Source: Octopus sinensis
Lineage: Eukaryota
Reading direction: 5' to 3'
DNA length: 64,000 bases
Assembly: GCF_006345805.1 (NCBI RefSeq)
Contig: NC_042997.1
Coordinates: 128,030,001-128,094,000 of the forward strand
This document shows positions 1 through 13,054 of the stretch, one piece after another (the stretch's first letter is position 1; the number at the start of each line of letters is the position of its first letter). The notes beneath the pieces were generated by a model that was not told the DNA's origin, made no database searches, and was given only the letters and a program-made list of their open reading frames with translations. The translations under genes were made by a program, and so were the position numbers.

Positions 1-56
1 GTATGTGTATATAAGTAAATATATATATATGTACCCACCCTCTTTGCAATATATTT

Positions 57-1250
57 TGCTGTTGTGTTGTCACATGTTTTTCAAAACTCTGAGGAGAGTA
101 TTTGCGTAAAATATCGAACAACAGGGAATGTTTTTAATCTGACTGAAATTCAAAGACTGAAATTCAAAACGAAGGTTTTTACTTCACTCAATAGGGAACT
201 TTTGTACGCTGACGATTGCGACATATAAATAAAAATACAAAGCTAATTCTTTACAACTCATTCGTCTTACCATCCCTGTTGTATTCCTGTGAAACTTGAA
301 CTTGTTAAAGAAGGCATTTTAAATTGTTGGAACAATTCCACCAAAAATGCCTTCATCGCATTTTAAAAATTAAATGAAGTTCTTTTACTTCAAACACAAA
401 TGTCCTTGCATCTACAGGCATCACTTCAATTAAAGCTATGATTTTGAGGAACCAATTGAGATGGTGTGTTTATATTGTTCGAATGGCAGATGAACGCATG
501 CCGAAACAGCTGTTTTATAGTGAGCTTGCAGAGGGGAAACGCTATCGGCGTAAACCTAAAAAAAAAAGGTTTTAGGACGGCATAACCACTACTATTAAGT
601 CACTGGGAATGGTTCCAGAAGATATAGAAACCCTTGCTTCGGATCGAGTTGGATGGCGAACAAAGGTGTGGAGTGGAGTGAAAGCATTTGAAGAGGCCAG
701 GATAACACAAGTAAGACTCAAAAGAGATTTAAGGAAGAATGTAACGATCGAGAAGGTGAATGACAATGACCTTTTTGTGTGCACAGTCTGTGACAGATCG
801 TACCTGTCTTTTCCTAGCCTCAAATCTCATTTCCGAACGCATGGAAAACAAACCTCCACCAACTATTCTACCTATATGTCTGTGCACACCTTTGAATGCA
901 GTGTATGCCAGAAGGTTTGAAAATCCAACGGAGGCCTCAAGATCCACAAAGAGCAGAACTTATCTGCAGCTCTTGGTGGTCTAAATCGGATGTGCAATCT
1001 ATGTAGGTGACTTTTCAGAAAATTGTCTGGTTTAAAAAGCCACATGCCATGATGATGCTAATGTGTAGGTACAGGAGGTGATCAAACTCTGCATAAGGAG
1101 TAGACAACCACCATAGATATGTATGCATGTAGGTCCGAGACTTGTTGATCGGCAAAAAGTAACGAACACTAACATCGCACTTTGGCCCCACCTGGTTCCT
1201 TTCTCTCATTATACACTCATATACCAAATTTCTCAAGCTGGGTTCATCAT
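57..1250 (+). mobile_element. Decayed RTE-clade LINE 3' part (RT YADD region, internal deletion, C-terminal domain, C2H2 finger array)
   Basis: Translations: KYRTTGNVFNL..RLKFKTKVFTSLNRELLYADDC (~100-232); TKLILYNSFVLPSLLYSCET; LEQFHQKCLHRILKIK; MILRNQLRW..VRMADERMPKQLFYSELAEGKR; LASDRVGWR; then CTVCDRSYLSFPSLKSHFRTH. These are typical RTE/BovB-type motifs, with stops and frameshifts. Confidence 0.85.
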
Positions 1251-1384
1251 CATAAGCTGCTTATGCCATACCATTCGCGACGTTGCACTTACTAACTGAC
1301 ACTTTACACGTAAACCTTCACTTCTGTAACACAGACCATATCTTCAAACCCACCACTGAACTTCTATGTAAACATAATGTGAAC

Positions 1385-1656
1385 TCTGTTGTGTCTGGGG
1401 AGACTCATTTTCTTTTTGTGCCTTATAATTTAACACACTCACAGGTAAAATTTCCACTTATTTATTTTTATATTCCTAAAATTTTCGTTGTAAATATTTC
1501 AGTGTAAATAATGGACAGAGTCAAGACTATTGTAAATGTTGCATGACGCAACAAAAATTTTAGGAAGATAAAATAAGAAATAAGTGGAAATTTTATCGGT
1601 GAGTGTGTTAAATTATAAGGCACAAAAAGAAAATGACTCTCCCCAGACACAACAGA
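1385..1656. repeat. Fold-back element with ~107-bp inverted arms and ~58-bp spacer
   Basis: 1385-1490 is the reverse complement of 1549-1656 with few mismatches. The ORF track also shows near-identical peptides on opposite strands (SVVSGE.HFLFVPYNLTHS). Confidence 0.9.
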
Positions 1657-2327
1657 ATATGCTTCAACACACGAACTCACATAAAGAATCTTGCAAACCA
1701 AATCCCAAAACGAAATATAATGTAAACTACTGTTTTAATTTACCCTTCCTGAAAAAACTCCTCCTGAGAACGACTATATTCACCTAACCACCATTGGACA
1801 AAATAACATGGATCTTATAATACATCGCAGGAAGTCTGTATCTTATTTCCCCTTGCTATACCCAAATCATTATACTAAGATGTACTTCACTCACATCCTC
1901 ATGCGTGTTCTTATTCTTACTCCTATCTTTTTTTTCTGCTCTTTTTAAAAAAGACAAACACACTGTACCTATTATTAACTGTTTTTTATATGTATTAGCC
2001 CTCCCAATCACTTAGACCGTCTGAAGAAGCCTAGAGGCGCAGTCATCATTCAAGCCTTATCTGCGCATCCCTATAGAGCACTGAAGAGATGGAGATAACC
2101 GCCGTAAGGAACTAGCACCCACTGACAATCTGCTCATTTGCTCATTTCTGTACTACTAATACATTTGTATGTATTCATCTAATACACTGGAATAAATAGA
2201 CATACTAGAATGTTTACCGGTTGTTGTCTGTCGTTTTTGTATCCTCTCCACTTTTTTATTTGCCGTATATATATATATATATATATATATAACAAGTAAA
2301 AGAGTAAAGAGTAAAAGAGTATATCAT

Positions 2328-2915
2328 GTGTATGTGGTTGTATGGTAAGTAGCTTGCTTACCAGCCACATGGTTCCGGATTCAGTCCTACTGCGTGGCAC
2401 CTTAGGCAAATATCTTCTCTATAGCTGACCAAGGCCCTGTGAGTGGATTTGGTAGACGGAAGCTGAAGAAGCCCGTCGTATATATATAAACTATTTCTTT
2501 ACTACCCACAAGGGGCTAAACACAGAGAGGATAAACAAGGACAGACAAACGGATTAAGTCGATTATATCGGCCCCAGTGCGTAACTGGTACTTATTTAAT
2601 CGACCCCGAAAGGATGAAAGGCAAAGTCGACCTCGGTGGAATTTGAACTCAGAACGTAACGGCAGACTAAATACGGCTACGTATTTCGCCCGGTGTGCTA
2701 AACACGCACACACATATATATATAAGTGTACGTGTAAATTTGTGTGACTGTATTTATCCCCCCACCATCGCTTGACAACCGATGTTGGTGTATTTACGTC
2801 CCCGTAACTTAGCGGTTCGCAAAAAAGACCGATAGAATAAGTACAAGGCTTACAAAGAATAAGTCTTGGGGTCGATTTGCTCAAATGGCTGAAACAATTA
2901 AAAGAGTAAAGAGTA
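2328..2915 (+). mobile_element. SINE-A (tRNA-headed bipartite SINE), interrupted by a SINE-B
   Basis: Head gtaagtagcttgcttaccagccacatggttccggattcagtcc...gaagcccgtcgta (2328-2486) and 3' half catcgcttgacaaccgatg...gaaacaattaaaagagtaaagag (2745-2915) match other copies in the window. Confidence 0.85.
2489..2701 (-). mobile_element. SINE-B nested in SINE-A
   Basis: gtcgattatatcg..cccagtgcgtaactggtactt..atcgaccccgaaaggatgaaaggcaaagtcgacctcgg..gaatttgaactcagaacgta; B-box-like GAGTTCAAATTCC on the minus strand; recurs at 8657, 8893, 35255 and 43490. Confidence 0.85.
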
Positions 2916-3726
2916 TTGTCTTGTCAATGGTATTATCTCTCTAAACAATGTATACAATGTATAAAATTTCTGGTCCCAATACCGGATTTAGATATAGAGA
3001 GGCCCTAGGCTATTCAACTAATGAGGTCCCCATCAAAAGGCCTATGACAGTATAAACAATATTGTTTCTTCTTTCGCCAAGAAACCAGTGGCAGCACGTT
3101 GCTTCTTCATAGAATCCATTGAAATAGACGAAGGGTTAATCTATCGATATGATCAATTCGAACGACCTACACCAGTTAATAAAAAAAGTGTATGCCTATT
3201 TTTGCATTACTTTTAGCAGAACCCACATATATGGCTATGTTTGGGATTGAGCCCCTGTTTTTATTAACAGTAAAAAGACATGTCGGTGAAAATGACTATT
3301 TAATCTGCTTATGTGTCTGCTACGTAAATTTACGCGTAATAGATCATAACTTGATACTTTGTGAACGGAGATTCTCGCTGGTAGGCCGCTGGTGTTAAAT
3401 AAAGTAATAAATACTTACTGTAAGCAAATTAATCGTCTCAATTCTATGAAGCTATTAGATTCGATGAGAATATGAACAGATTGGCTAACTGATTCTCTAG
3501 AATTGGTCAGATAATGAAGCCAATAAGGTTCGATTAATGTTGTTCACTCATTTCTCTTTCCGTCTACAGAGAAATAGTTCAATTTGCCTTGTTTGTACGA
3601 CTACTACGTAGATTATGCATACATATATATACAGACACTTTTTTGTGTGTGTCTGCCTGCCTGTGGCCTTGTGGCTACACTCAATATCGCAATATGGTGG
3701 TTAGTATATATATATATACATATACT

Positions 3727-4140
3727 CTTTTACTTGTTTCAGTCATTTGACTGCAGCCATGCTGGAGCACCGCCTTTAGTCGAGCAAATCTACCCCAGGA
3801 CTTATTCTTTGCAAGCTTAGTACTTATTCTATCGGTCTCTTTTGTCGAACCGCTTTGTTACGGAGACGCAAACACACCACCATCGGTTGTCAAGTGATGT
3901 TGGGCGGGGGGGGGACAAACACAGACACACAAACATATACACTCACATACATACATACATATATATACATACATATACATACATCTATACGAGGGGCTTC
4001 ATTCAGTTTCCGTCTACCAAATCCACTCACAAGGCTGTGGTCGGCCCGAGGCTATGGTAGAAGACACTTGCCCAAGGTGCCACGCATTGGAATGAACCAG
4101 GAACCGTGTGGTTGGTAAACAAGCTACTTACTACGCAGCC

Positions 4141-4141
<1 letters not shown>
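3727..4141 (-). mobile_element. SINE-A, full length
   Basis: Both halves present around an internal (ACAT/AT)n tract. Confidence 0.9.
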
Positions 4142-4229
<88 letters not shown>

Positions 4230-4442
4230 GTTTTTTATATAATTACTGGTATTCTTATATATTATATATTACTATATTTTATATCTTATGTTTTATAGGT
4301 ACAGAATAATATGCTATATGTATGTATGTTATTATAATTATCAATTTATAAATAAATAAGTTAACATTTTAATGTCCAAAAGTTGAAGAACCACCTATTG
4401 TTCTCCTCCATTTTCTTATTTGCCATATATATATGTATATAT

Positions 4443-4489
<47 letters not shown>

Positions 4490-4499
4490 TTCGGTATCA

Positions 4500-4810
4500 G
4501 TTCAGCTAAAAAGAATAAGGATTTTGGCATTTGAATATGATACTGAAGTGTGTGCTTTTAACGGTTCCAACTTGAATATTACTGATATTATATGGCAGCG
4601 AAACATGGACACTGACGAAGAAATTATCAAACGGACTAAATGAATGCTACACAAGGATGCTACAAATGGAAATGACAGCACATATAACAAATGATTGCCT
4701 TTATGGAGACCTGCTGAAAATCAACGAGATCAAGTAAAGACGATGCCACTATCTGGTCACAGCGTGTGCCACCCTGTACTGGATATATCCAAATTAGTTT
4801 TGTATTAGTC
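4500..4810 (+). mobile_element. RTE-group LINE fragment (post-RT domain)
   Basis: Translates to LLILYGSETWTLTKKLSNGLNECYTRML...HITNDCLYGDL.KI, matching the LLYGSETWTLT..CYTRML pattern of RTE-group ORFs. Confidence 0.7.
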
Positions 4811-6904
4811 TTTTAGGGATTTATGTGTTTTCATGATCACATAACCCAAAACAGTTGGCCTTCTAATCCCCCATATCTCAATTCAATGGACTATTACATG
4901 AACACGCCCATAACACCAAACATTCTTTGAAAGCTGCCATAGTCCGAGAAATGTCCAAAATGAATCAGGACCAGTTGATTCGAGCATATGTTGGGGGTAC
5001 AAATACAGACACACAAACGTATACAAACATGGTGATCTAAGAAGAGGAAAAAGGTCGTCACACTTACATTGACAATTTGATTGTAGACACTGGTCTTGAA
5101 TGTATCCAGGGCATTTAGGCAGTGATGATGGACCGAGAAGTGTGACGGGTAGATTTTGTTGTTGTGACCTGGGTTGGAACCCGGCCATAATAATAAATAA
5201 TAAATGGTGGGTTGCGTGAGCACACCTGCCTGCGTATTCTTGTACAGTAACTGACCAGGTCAACACTTCTGAGACTTGCGTGAAACTGAGAGAAAATAAA
5301 ACTAAAATTTAAAAAAAATAATATATATTATTAATCAAGTGCTGAACTTCAATACAAAATGACAAAAACACCTTATTTCAACATATTTTATTCTACAGAT
5401 CTATTTAAATAGGTAGAATGCATAGTTTCTTCATAAAACCGATGATTTATCCCACTTCATTGTTTCTCCTTCATTTTGCAATATTTAAGTTAAATGCTAC
5501 TTTTTTTTTCATGTGAACATTTTATTTCCACATCTTTCGTTAAACGCCGAGGATCGTTAAGGTATAAAGAGAAGATGACCAAACCAAAGACGTGAAAAGC
5601 GTTGAAAAACGATTTAATGCAGGAAATATAAACATTTGTGACACATTAGAAACAGCAAAAAAAAAGGGGGGGTGACGAATAAAATGTTCAAGCAAAATAA
5701 AAATTCAAAGTGGAACATAAAAACTGTAACGGCAAATAAAACTATTCAGTAGAAGTGTGCTTGAAATAACGTGTTGAAAATCTGTTTGACACAAAAATAA
5801 ATACAAGATATTGTATTTATGTTTAGACAGAGTTCAAAAGTTCAGTTTTAAAATGCCATCTGAAAAACATCGTATGTGGATCTATGTAAAAGTGTTTTGT
5901 TCTTGGTTAGTGTGCCTATGTATATTTTGTGTGTTCATGATGTGTGTGTTTGAGTGTGTGTGTGTGCAAGGGGCTATAAGTGGATGGGGAAATCTGTACA
6001 TAGGGCAGGGCACATGAGGAGCCAAAGAAGGGCTTGTGAATATTTGATGGACTCCTTCCTCAAGAAAAATAAAACTGCTCATAATCCGTTTTGATTTTGA
6101 AAGGAGATTTCCCTTTCTGACGAGGCACCAAAATAAGCAACCTTGTTCCACCTGGCAAAATTTCTCTTGAAGGCCTTGTGTGTGTTTGAGAGAGAGAGAG
6201 TGGGGGGAGAGAGAAAGAGAGAAAATACAGTATGAAAATTACATGAGACATAGAGTTCGCCGGGGATTAATGTGCCCTCCACTGGATGGGAAAATCCTCC
6301 ACCATTTCTATCCTATCTTCTGACATACAAGCCGAAATTTTCAAATCAAAATTTACAGCCAAAAAAAAAAAAAAAGATAAGTTAACTAATACACAAAAAC
6401 GACTTTGGAGGATCAATAATTCCACTCGAAATAAAGCAGGATTTAGATAGACAGTGATGAGGCTTCAAGGTTTATAATACATATTAACACTATATAAAAC
6501 GTCGACTTGTATGACGGAAAATACAGTAGTTCACCCAGTCGGAGAAAAGCCTTCAGGGTTCGGTTCGAATATTTTGGCGCAAAGAATAAGTGTAATTCAC
6601 CGTTGGTCAAGGAAGAAGTCACCGACTTGGTGAAGACAAAGAGGTCGATCGAGCTATTCCTAATAATTATTTCAAATGAAAGCACAAAACCTGAATTAAA
6701 TGGTGGGGGAAGAAAGAGGTCAGTCGATCATATTGACGTCTCTGCTTGTCAAGTACTTTATATTATTGAAAGGATGAATAATAAGGTTATCTCGACGAAA
6801 TTTGAACTCAGAATACAAAAAGCTGGAAGAAATACCACGAAACATCTTTTCTGTCGAACTAATGATTCTGCCAATCTGCTCAAACTCCTAACCCAGTTTG
6901 AATG

Positions 6905-7163
6905 ACGTAAGTAACTACTATCTCGAGTACTAGGACTTATAGGGTTGGTTACCCGGCTTCCATCGCGTATAAGTTACTGAGATTACAACATTCTCCAGGA
7001 GTCAATCCGTCGAAGGGTTACTCATTTGCATCTGAGTGGATTAGAACAACCAGAAATAAAGTGCTTTGCTCAAGAACACAACACTCCACTAGCTACGGGG
7101 ATCGAAACTGCGTTCTTGCGATCGTGAATGTAACACCCTAACCACTAGGTCACGTGTCTTCAC
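6905..7163 (-). mobile_element. SINE-C (tRNA-headed)
   Basis: Minus strand reads gacctagtggttagggtg..gtttcgatcccc (A/B boxes), then gtgttcttgagcaaagcacttta..ccactcag..gcaaatgagtaa. A related copy lies at 55090-55303. Confidence 0.7.
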
Positions 7164-7519
7164 TTTACAAACCACATTGCTGCAAATGACTTCGTCCTGT
7201 GTGGAAGACATCTGGTTAGCAATATCATAAATAGTTATCAGTAGATACGTATATATCTACTTCAACTGAATTTCAATATGTCTCTCAAATCAGTAAAAAC
7301 TGAACTTTTCTGTTGTTTTCTAAGTTTTAATGAGTAAGGAAGTAAATTTATAACTATTTAAGGAAAGAATATTTGCCTACCTAGCGTCTATACATAGAAG
7401 ACAGTTTGTCTCCGCTAAATAATTCATAATTTATATCAATATTTAATAATCAATATCGCACGAAGCAGCTTTGAATAAAATATATCAGTGTAAAGTCATG
7501 TTTAACACGTTTGACTGAA

Positions 7520-8017
7520 ACGGGTGTGATAAGACCTATCACTGCACTTATAAGCGCTTCGTGTGACATTAATTACTTATTTGTAGCTTAATCAAGCGAC
7601 TTGCACACCAGCAAGTTATAGGACCTGAACTTGGAAGTACTCTGTCATCCACCATATTCACCAGACTTTGCACCAACTGACTCTCACGTCTTCCAGGCAT
7701 TAGACAACTTTTTACTAGGAAAAACTTCAAATATGAAGAAGATGGAAAAATAGCCTTTCATGATTTACTCTTTTCATGATTTGCTTTTTTCATGATTTGC
7801 TCTTTTCATAAGTATAACTCAACACTTAGCAGGCCATGAGCGACTGGGTTAGTTTTCGTTTCTGACGAAGTGAAATGACGCAGAAGCGCAACGATCTAAT
7901 GACGCCACTTACAGCCCAAAACACGATGCGTATTCATACAACGCTAGATTGTATATATAAACATCCCGAAATTTCTCCCGAGACTATTCTTGCAGCGACA
8001 GGTCTTATCACGTCCGA
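7520..8017 (+). mobile_element. Internally deleted mariner derivative (~500 bp) with TIRs
   Basis: TIRs acgggtgtgataagacctatcactgca (7520-7546) and tgcagcgacaggtcttatcacgtccga (7991-8017). The interior encodes EVLCHPPYSPDFAPTDSHVFQALDNFLLGK. Confidence 0.7.
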
Positions 8018-8199
8018 TTACAATTGATCCTGTTAGATATGACTTTACATGAATATGAAAATTTGCTGAACCCTTTTGCTGACAAATACATCACCGAAAT
8101 AAATTATCATATAATGTACGCTGTGGACTAAGTATGTACCTTGTTTACGAGTATCCGTGTACGCATGCGCGTCTTTTATCTTTTAACTTTTTCAATTTT

Positions 8200-8592
8200 T
8201 AGACTGCGGTCATACTGGGGCACCACATTGAAGAATTTTAGTCGAACGAAGCGACACCAGTACTTATGTTTTTAAACCTGGTACTTATTTTATTGGTGTC
8301 TTTTACCGAACTTCTAAGTGACATGGATGTAAAGACGCCAACACCCGGCTGTCAAGCGATGTATATATACGTGTGTGTGTGTGTGTGTGTGGTGTGTGTG
8401 TGTGTGTGTTGTGTTGTGTGTGTGTGTGTGTATACGAGGGTTTCTTACAGTTACCGTCTACCAAATCAACTCACAAGGCTTTAGTCGTCCCGAGGCTGTA
8501 GAGGAAGATACTTGCCCGAGGTGCCACAAAGTGAAACTGAAATCGAAACCGTGTGGTTGGGAACGGAAGTTCTTATTATACCGCCACGCCTG
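8200..8592 (-). mobile_element. Older, diverged SINE-A copy
   Basis: Same bipartite layout with a (GT)n spacer and many substitutions. Confidence 0.75.
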
Positions 8593-8656
8593 TGTGTAAA
8601 TGTACTTAATCGGAATTCCAACCGTGCTCTAACAAAGAAGATATTAGCTTTAATAA

Positions 8657-9090
8657 TCCTTTCTACTGGAGGCACAAGGCCTCAAATTTGTGGGGTGGGG
8701 ACTAGTCGATTATATCAACCCCAGTGTTTCACTGGTACTTAATTTATCGACCCCGAAAGGATGAAAGTCAAAGTCGACATTGGCGGAATTTGAACTCAGA
8801 ACGTAACGACGGGCGAAATACCGCAAATCATTTCATCCAGCGCACTAACAATTCTGCCAGCTCACCGCCTTATTAGCTTTGATAACAATAATCTTTTCTA
8901 CTCTAGGCACAAGGCCCGAAATTTGGGGGCAGGGGACCAGTCGATTAGATCGACCCCAGTACACAACTGGTACTTAATTTATCGACCCCGAAAGGATGAA
9001 AGCCAAAGTCGACCTCGGCGGAACTTGAACTCGGATTGTAGCGACGGGCGAAATACCGCTAAGCATTTCATCCGGAGTGCTCACCGCTTT
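8657..9090 (-). mobile_element. Two tandem SINE-B copies
   Basis: Units 8657-8870 and 8893-9090 are each bounded by tattagcttt(g)ataa..aataat. Confidence 0.85.
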
Positions 9091-9533
9091 ATTAGCTTTG
9101 ATAATAATAATAATGATAGTTCTAGTCAAATGGAATGAAATCAATTCTGAAATTTAAATTGGTTACGAATTATATGTCGGTGTACAGTAGCGAGTGAATC
9201 TGATCTTTGGTATATATGATAACTCCGAACATTAGAATCCCAATGAGATAATATAAGGTTTGCTATTCGAAAATGTTCCAGTTTTTCAGCAGTTTTAAAA
9301 ACTGTCATGAGAGTTTTCCCAAGATGCCTTCCACATCAACAGCAAATCGTTATGTAAAGAGTTAATATATTCAATTCTGTGAAAGAGAAAAAGAACTACA
9401 TAACTACACAACACCGACATTAAAATGCTAAATTATAAGCTAAAGAGACAAAAAAATGATTAAAAGTATATACATACATACATGCACATGTGTACATGCA
9501 TGTATATATATAAATCATATGCCTATCAGGTTA

Positions 9534-9574
<41 letters not shown>

Positions 9575-9749
9575 GGTATATAAGAATGAAACGTTTGATT
9601 TTCTTATGCACCACGTTTGACAGACGTGAGCTTAAATGTTTTATCCTGACAATTCTTTGTCATCAATTTCCGAAATGCAATTCATAGTGTCTGATTATAT
9701 TGTGAGTATTCTCCTGTAAATCAATTTTTGTGAACCCAAGGATCGATAA

Positions 9750-9924
9750 AAAATTCGTGTTGTTTATGAATATGAGTTCCGTCGTGGGACCAGTGCATCC
9801 CTGACAGTTCAAAACATCAGTGAGGTACTTGATGTAGATGTGGCGAATGAGCGCACTGTACGTCGATGGTTTCAGAAGTTCCGGTCTCGTGACTTTACTC
9901 TTGTAAATCATCCCCGTGATAGAC
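9750..9924 (+). mobile_element. Mariner transposase N-terminal HTH fragment
   Basis: KIRVVYEYEFRRGTSASLTVQNISEVLDVDVANERTVRRWFQKFRSRDFTLVNHPR. Confidence 0.8.
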
Positions 9925-10559
9925 ATTAGCATCATACTTTCACTAACTGCTTCGCTTTTTGTTGAGATAAAGTAAAATAAACTTTCAGTTCAAAATCAGA
10001 CATTTCATTCTTAATGACCTGATATACATATATAGGGTGTGTAAGATATTTGAGGACAGATTTATGTTTATAAAAATAAAAACAGATATATATAATAACA
10101 GACAATAACTTTATTTATCAAAAAATGCTATGAGGGTAAAAAAAAAAGCAACCTCTTTTCTATAATGTTATTCAATAAAGCCACCTATAGCTTCAACAAC
10201 TGCTGGAGCAGCTGGAGATACGATTGTTTGACCAAAAGAACCGGCTATTGCAAGTAAAAATAAATATTGAAAAAATGCATGTGTATGTATCTATGTATCT
10301 ATGAATGTGTGCGTATGTATGTATGCATGTGTATATAAAGAAATATATATATATATATGCATGTATATATTCTTCCTTATAGCCATGTAGCGAACACTAC
10401 TATTACAAATCTTTTGACTGTCATACTTCATTTAAAATTTGGATCATTTTCTGAAAGTCGCTCTAAAACATGATTTACTTCACCAAGGCTTTTAGATTAA
10501 ATCTTTATTGTTACAACGGATTGTCAGGCAATCTCTTCTATTCTGCTTGAATCAGACGC

Positions 10560-11475
10560 GGTTCTATCAATTCCTGAAGGTTTTCATCGGTGAAGGTCTC
10601 GTTATCAGAATGTAATAAATCCTGAATAACACTTGCTTCGACCTCCTAACATCCCTATCCCTACATCGTTTCTACAAAGCTATTACTATTTAACACTTTT
10701 CGCCCTCTATCCCATAATCTTCCTTAACTACATTTGAACTCGATTTTTTCCAAATTTCAATGTTACATGAATGTTTGATTTGTGTATCGTTAATATTTTG
10801 ATTGCTTGCATATTAATGTAATTTTTGAAGAATCTTTGTCTGACTGCTGTTTATCATCAGTCCTTGTAATCAACTTTCTTAGAGTTCTGAAATAATATGC
10901 CTTGAAAACGGAAATAATTCTCGGACTCATAAGGCTGTAGTAGCGAAGTTGTGTTTGGTGGAATGTAAACGACTTCAACGGATGCGTACGTTTGAAGTAA
11001 ATTGGGATTTGAAGAATAATCAGAGGCAATGTGCAAAAGCACTGCTGCCTCAGACTCTAAATTATTCTTCACACAGGAACATTTGACAACAAGGCAGAAA
11101 TGTTTAACGAACCATTCAGGAAACAAATCCAATGGAAACCAACCTTTTCTGTTTGATTTCTATATCACAGTCGGACGAAATTTGGAGAAGCCTTTTTAAT
11201 GCTCTTCAAGCATCAGAATAATAAACAAGGAATAGCTTAAATTTCAACTTTCCTCTGGTATCAACCCCTAACCAGAACCGTAGATGATGTTTTGCTACTT
11301 TACTCCATTTCCCACCATTTGACATAAAAGATTTAGAATGGCCAACATTGTCCATATTGTTTGTAGATATTGGTAGACATTGAGCACTTTCCCAAATACC
11401 CTTCAAATGTGTTGGAATTTCTAATGCGCCACTTGCTGATTCTCCTGTTATTCAAATACAATGCAGATTAGACCG
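10560..11475 (-). mobile_element. pogo/Tigger (DDE_1) transposase remnant
   Basis: ITGESASG; LGVDTRGKLKFKLFLVYYS; WFVKHF..NNLESEAAVLLHIA; VVYIPPNTTSLLQP; IISVFKAYYFRTLRKLI; IQDLLHSDNETFTDENLQEL. Frameshifted. Confidence 0.8.
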
Positions 11476-11797
11476 TGTCATGAACTTTTCGACGAAGAGA
11501 AAAGATAGAAGAGAAAGATAGGATACGTCCAGTCCTTAGGACAGTCCTGAAAGAAAAGAAAGATGATCACATGAGGAAAAGAAAGATGGCCGATGGCCAG
11601 GTATGAGCAACGAGAAAGAGAGAGAGAAAGGCAAAAAGAGGGAGAGAGAGAGACAGATAGAAAGCGGTGAAGGGGTGAAAAAAGGGAATTAGAGAAAGGA
11701 TGAGAGAGAAAGAGGTGGGGAGAAAACAGTATAGAGTTACATCTTAAGATAAACAACCTACTTGGAAAGGGATGCGTGGCGTTCAATCAATAACATA

Positions 11798-11847
<50 letters not shown>

Positions 11848-11862
11848 TAAATGTATGTATCC

Positions 11863-11916
<54 letters not shown>

Positions 11917-13054
11917 ATTATTTATATTAATATTTGATTGAACGCCACCCATCCATTTCCATGCATATATACATTATATATATATTATTATATATATATA
12001 TATATAATAATATCCATAGCTATCTATCTATATCTACTATACTATATCTATATATATATTAATATCTACATATGCCTATTTGTATATATGCATTGGATGA
12101 GAGTGAAGTGCATATTTGTGGAGTTTTATATATGTGGGGGTGTGTACGTGCGTGCGTACGCACACATACACGTGTCAATGAGCTATGAAATGCAAATCCA
12201 CAGCTGACCCTCATTCACAGCTAGAGATTTGCTTAACACAAACATCACATTAATAATATTCTTCGACAAAAACATCAGCAGGTGTCATTTTTACACCACG
12301 AAGGAAGTCACATTCCTCTCAGGTTTCCATGAGAATTAAGAGTAACGCAAGATAAAAGCCAGCTAATAAGAATTCACCGTACACTGTAAGTAAACGTTTA
12401 TATGTATGTGTGCATATATGTGTGTGTCTCTGTGTGTGCATGCGTGTTTGCGTGCATGTGTGAGCGTGTGTGTGTATACGTATACGCATACATACATGCG
12501 AAGATATGTACATATATGTACACATATATATGTATGTTATTGTGTACCTACAGACACATCGATATATATATATACACAACTTAATTTCTTTCTTTTGCCC
12601 TTGTTTATAAGTTGTTTATAAATTTAACCTTTAAAGGTATTTTTTAATATGCTGGCCATTGATAAAATGTTTTTCGAAAAATTTTATCCTATATTAGATG
12701 TAAATTTAATAGTGTTCACTTCCGGACTCTCTCACTCTATGAAAGTTTTCAGTTCGAATCGCACGTGATTCGAATGGGCTGGAGAATTTCTATTTTGGAT
12801 GTATTTGGGGTACCTAGTTGAGTTCATGTCTTAGTGTTTCGCTTCTTCCATGGGTATAGGTAAGTATTTCATTTATTTCTTTGCCGCACTTATCACTGAC
12901 GAAGAGAAGGTTCTTATGAATTAACTCTGAAATCGGGTCCGATATGATAATAACGAAATTTTTTAGAAATTTCTGTCGGCTTTCTTCAAGACGCGTGCTT
13001 CCGTTTTCGTGCTAATACTCATTTAAGATTATAAATTCCGATCACAAATATTAG

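Noticed and set aside
609-955. Host C2H2 zinc-finger gene
   Set aside because: The fingers are in continuity with RTE ORF motifs, have in-frame stops and lack TGEKP linkers.
12323-12385. Cassette exon with good AG/GTAAGT signals
   Set aside because: Stops occur in all three frames and there is no gene context; such signals arise by chance in 64 kb.
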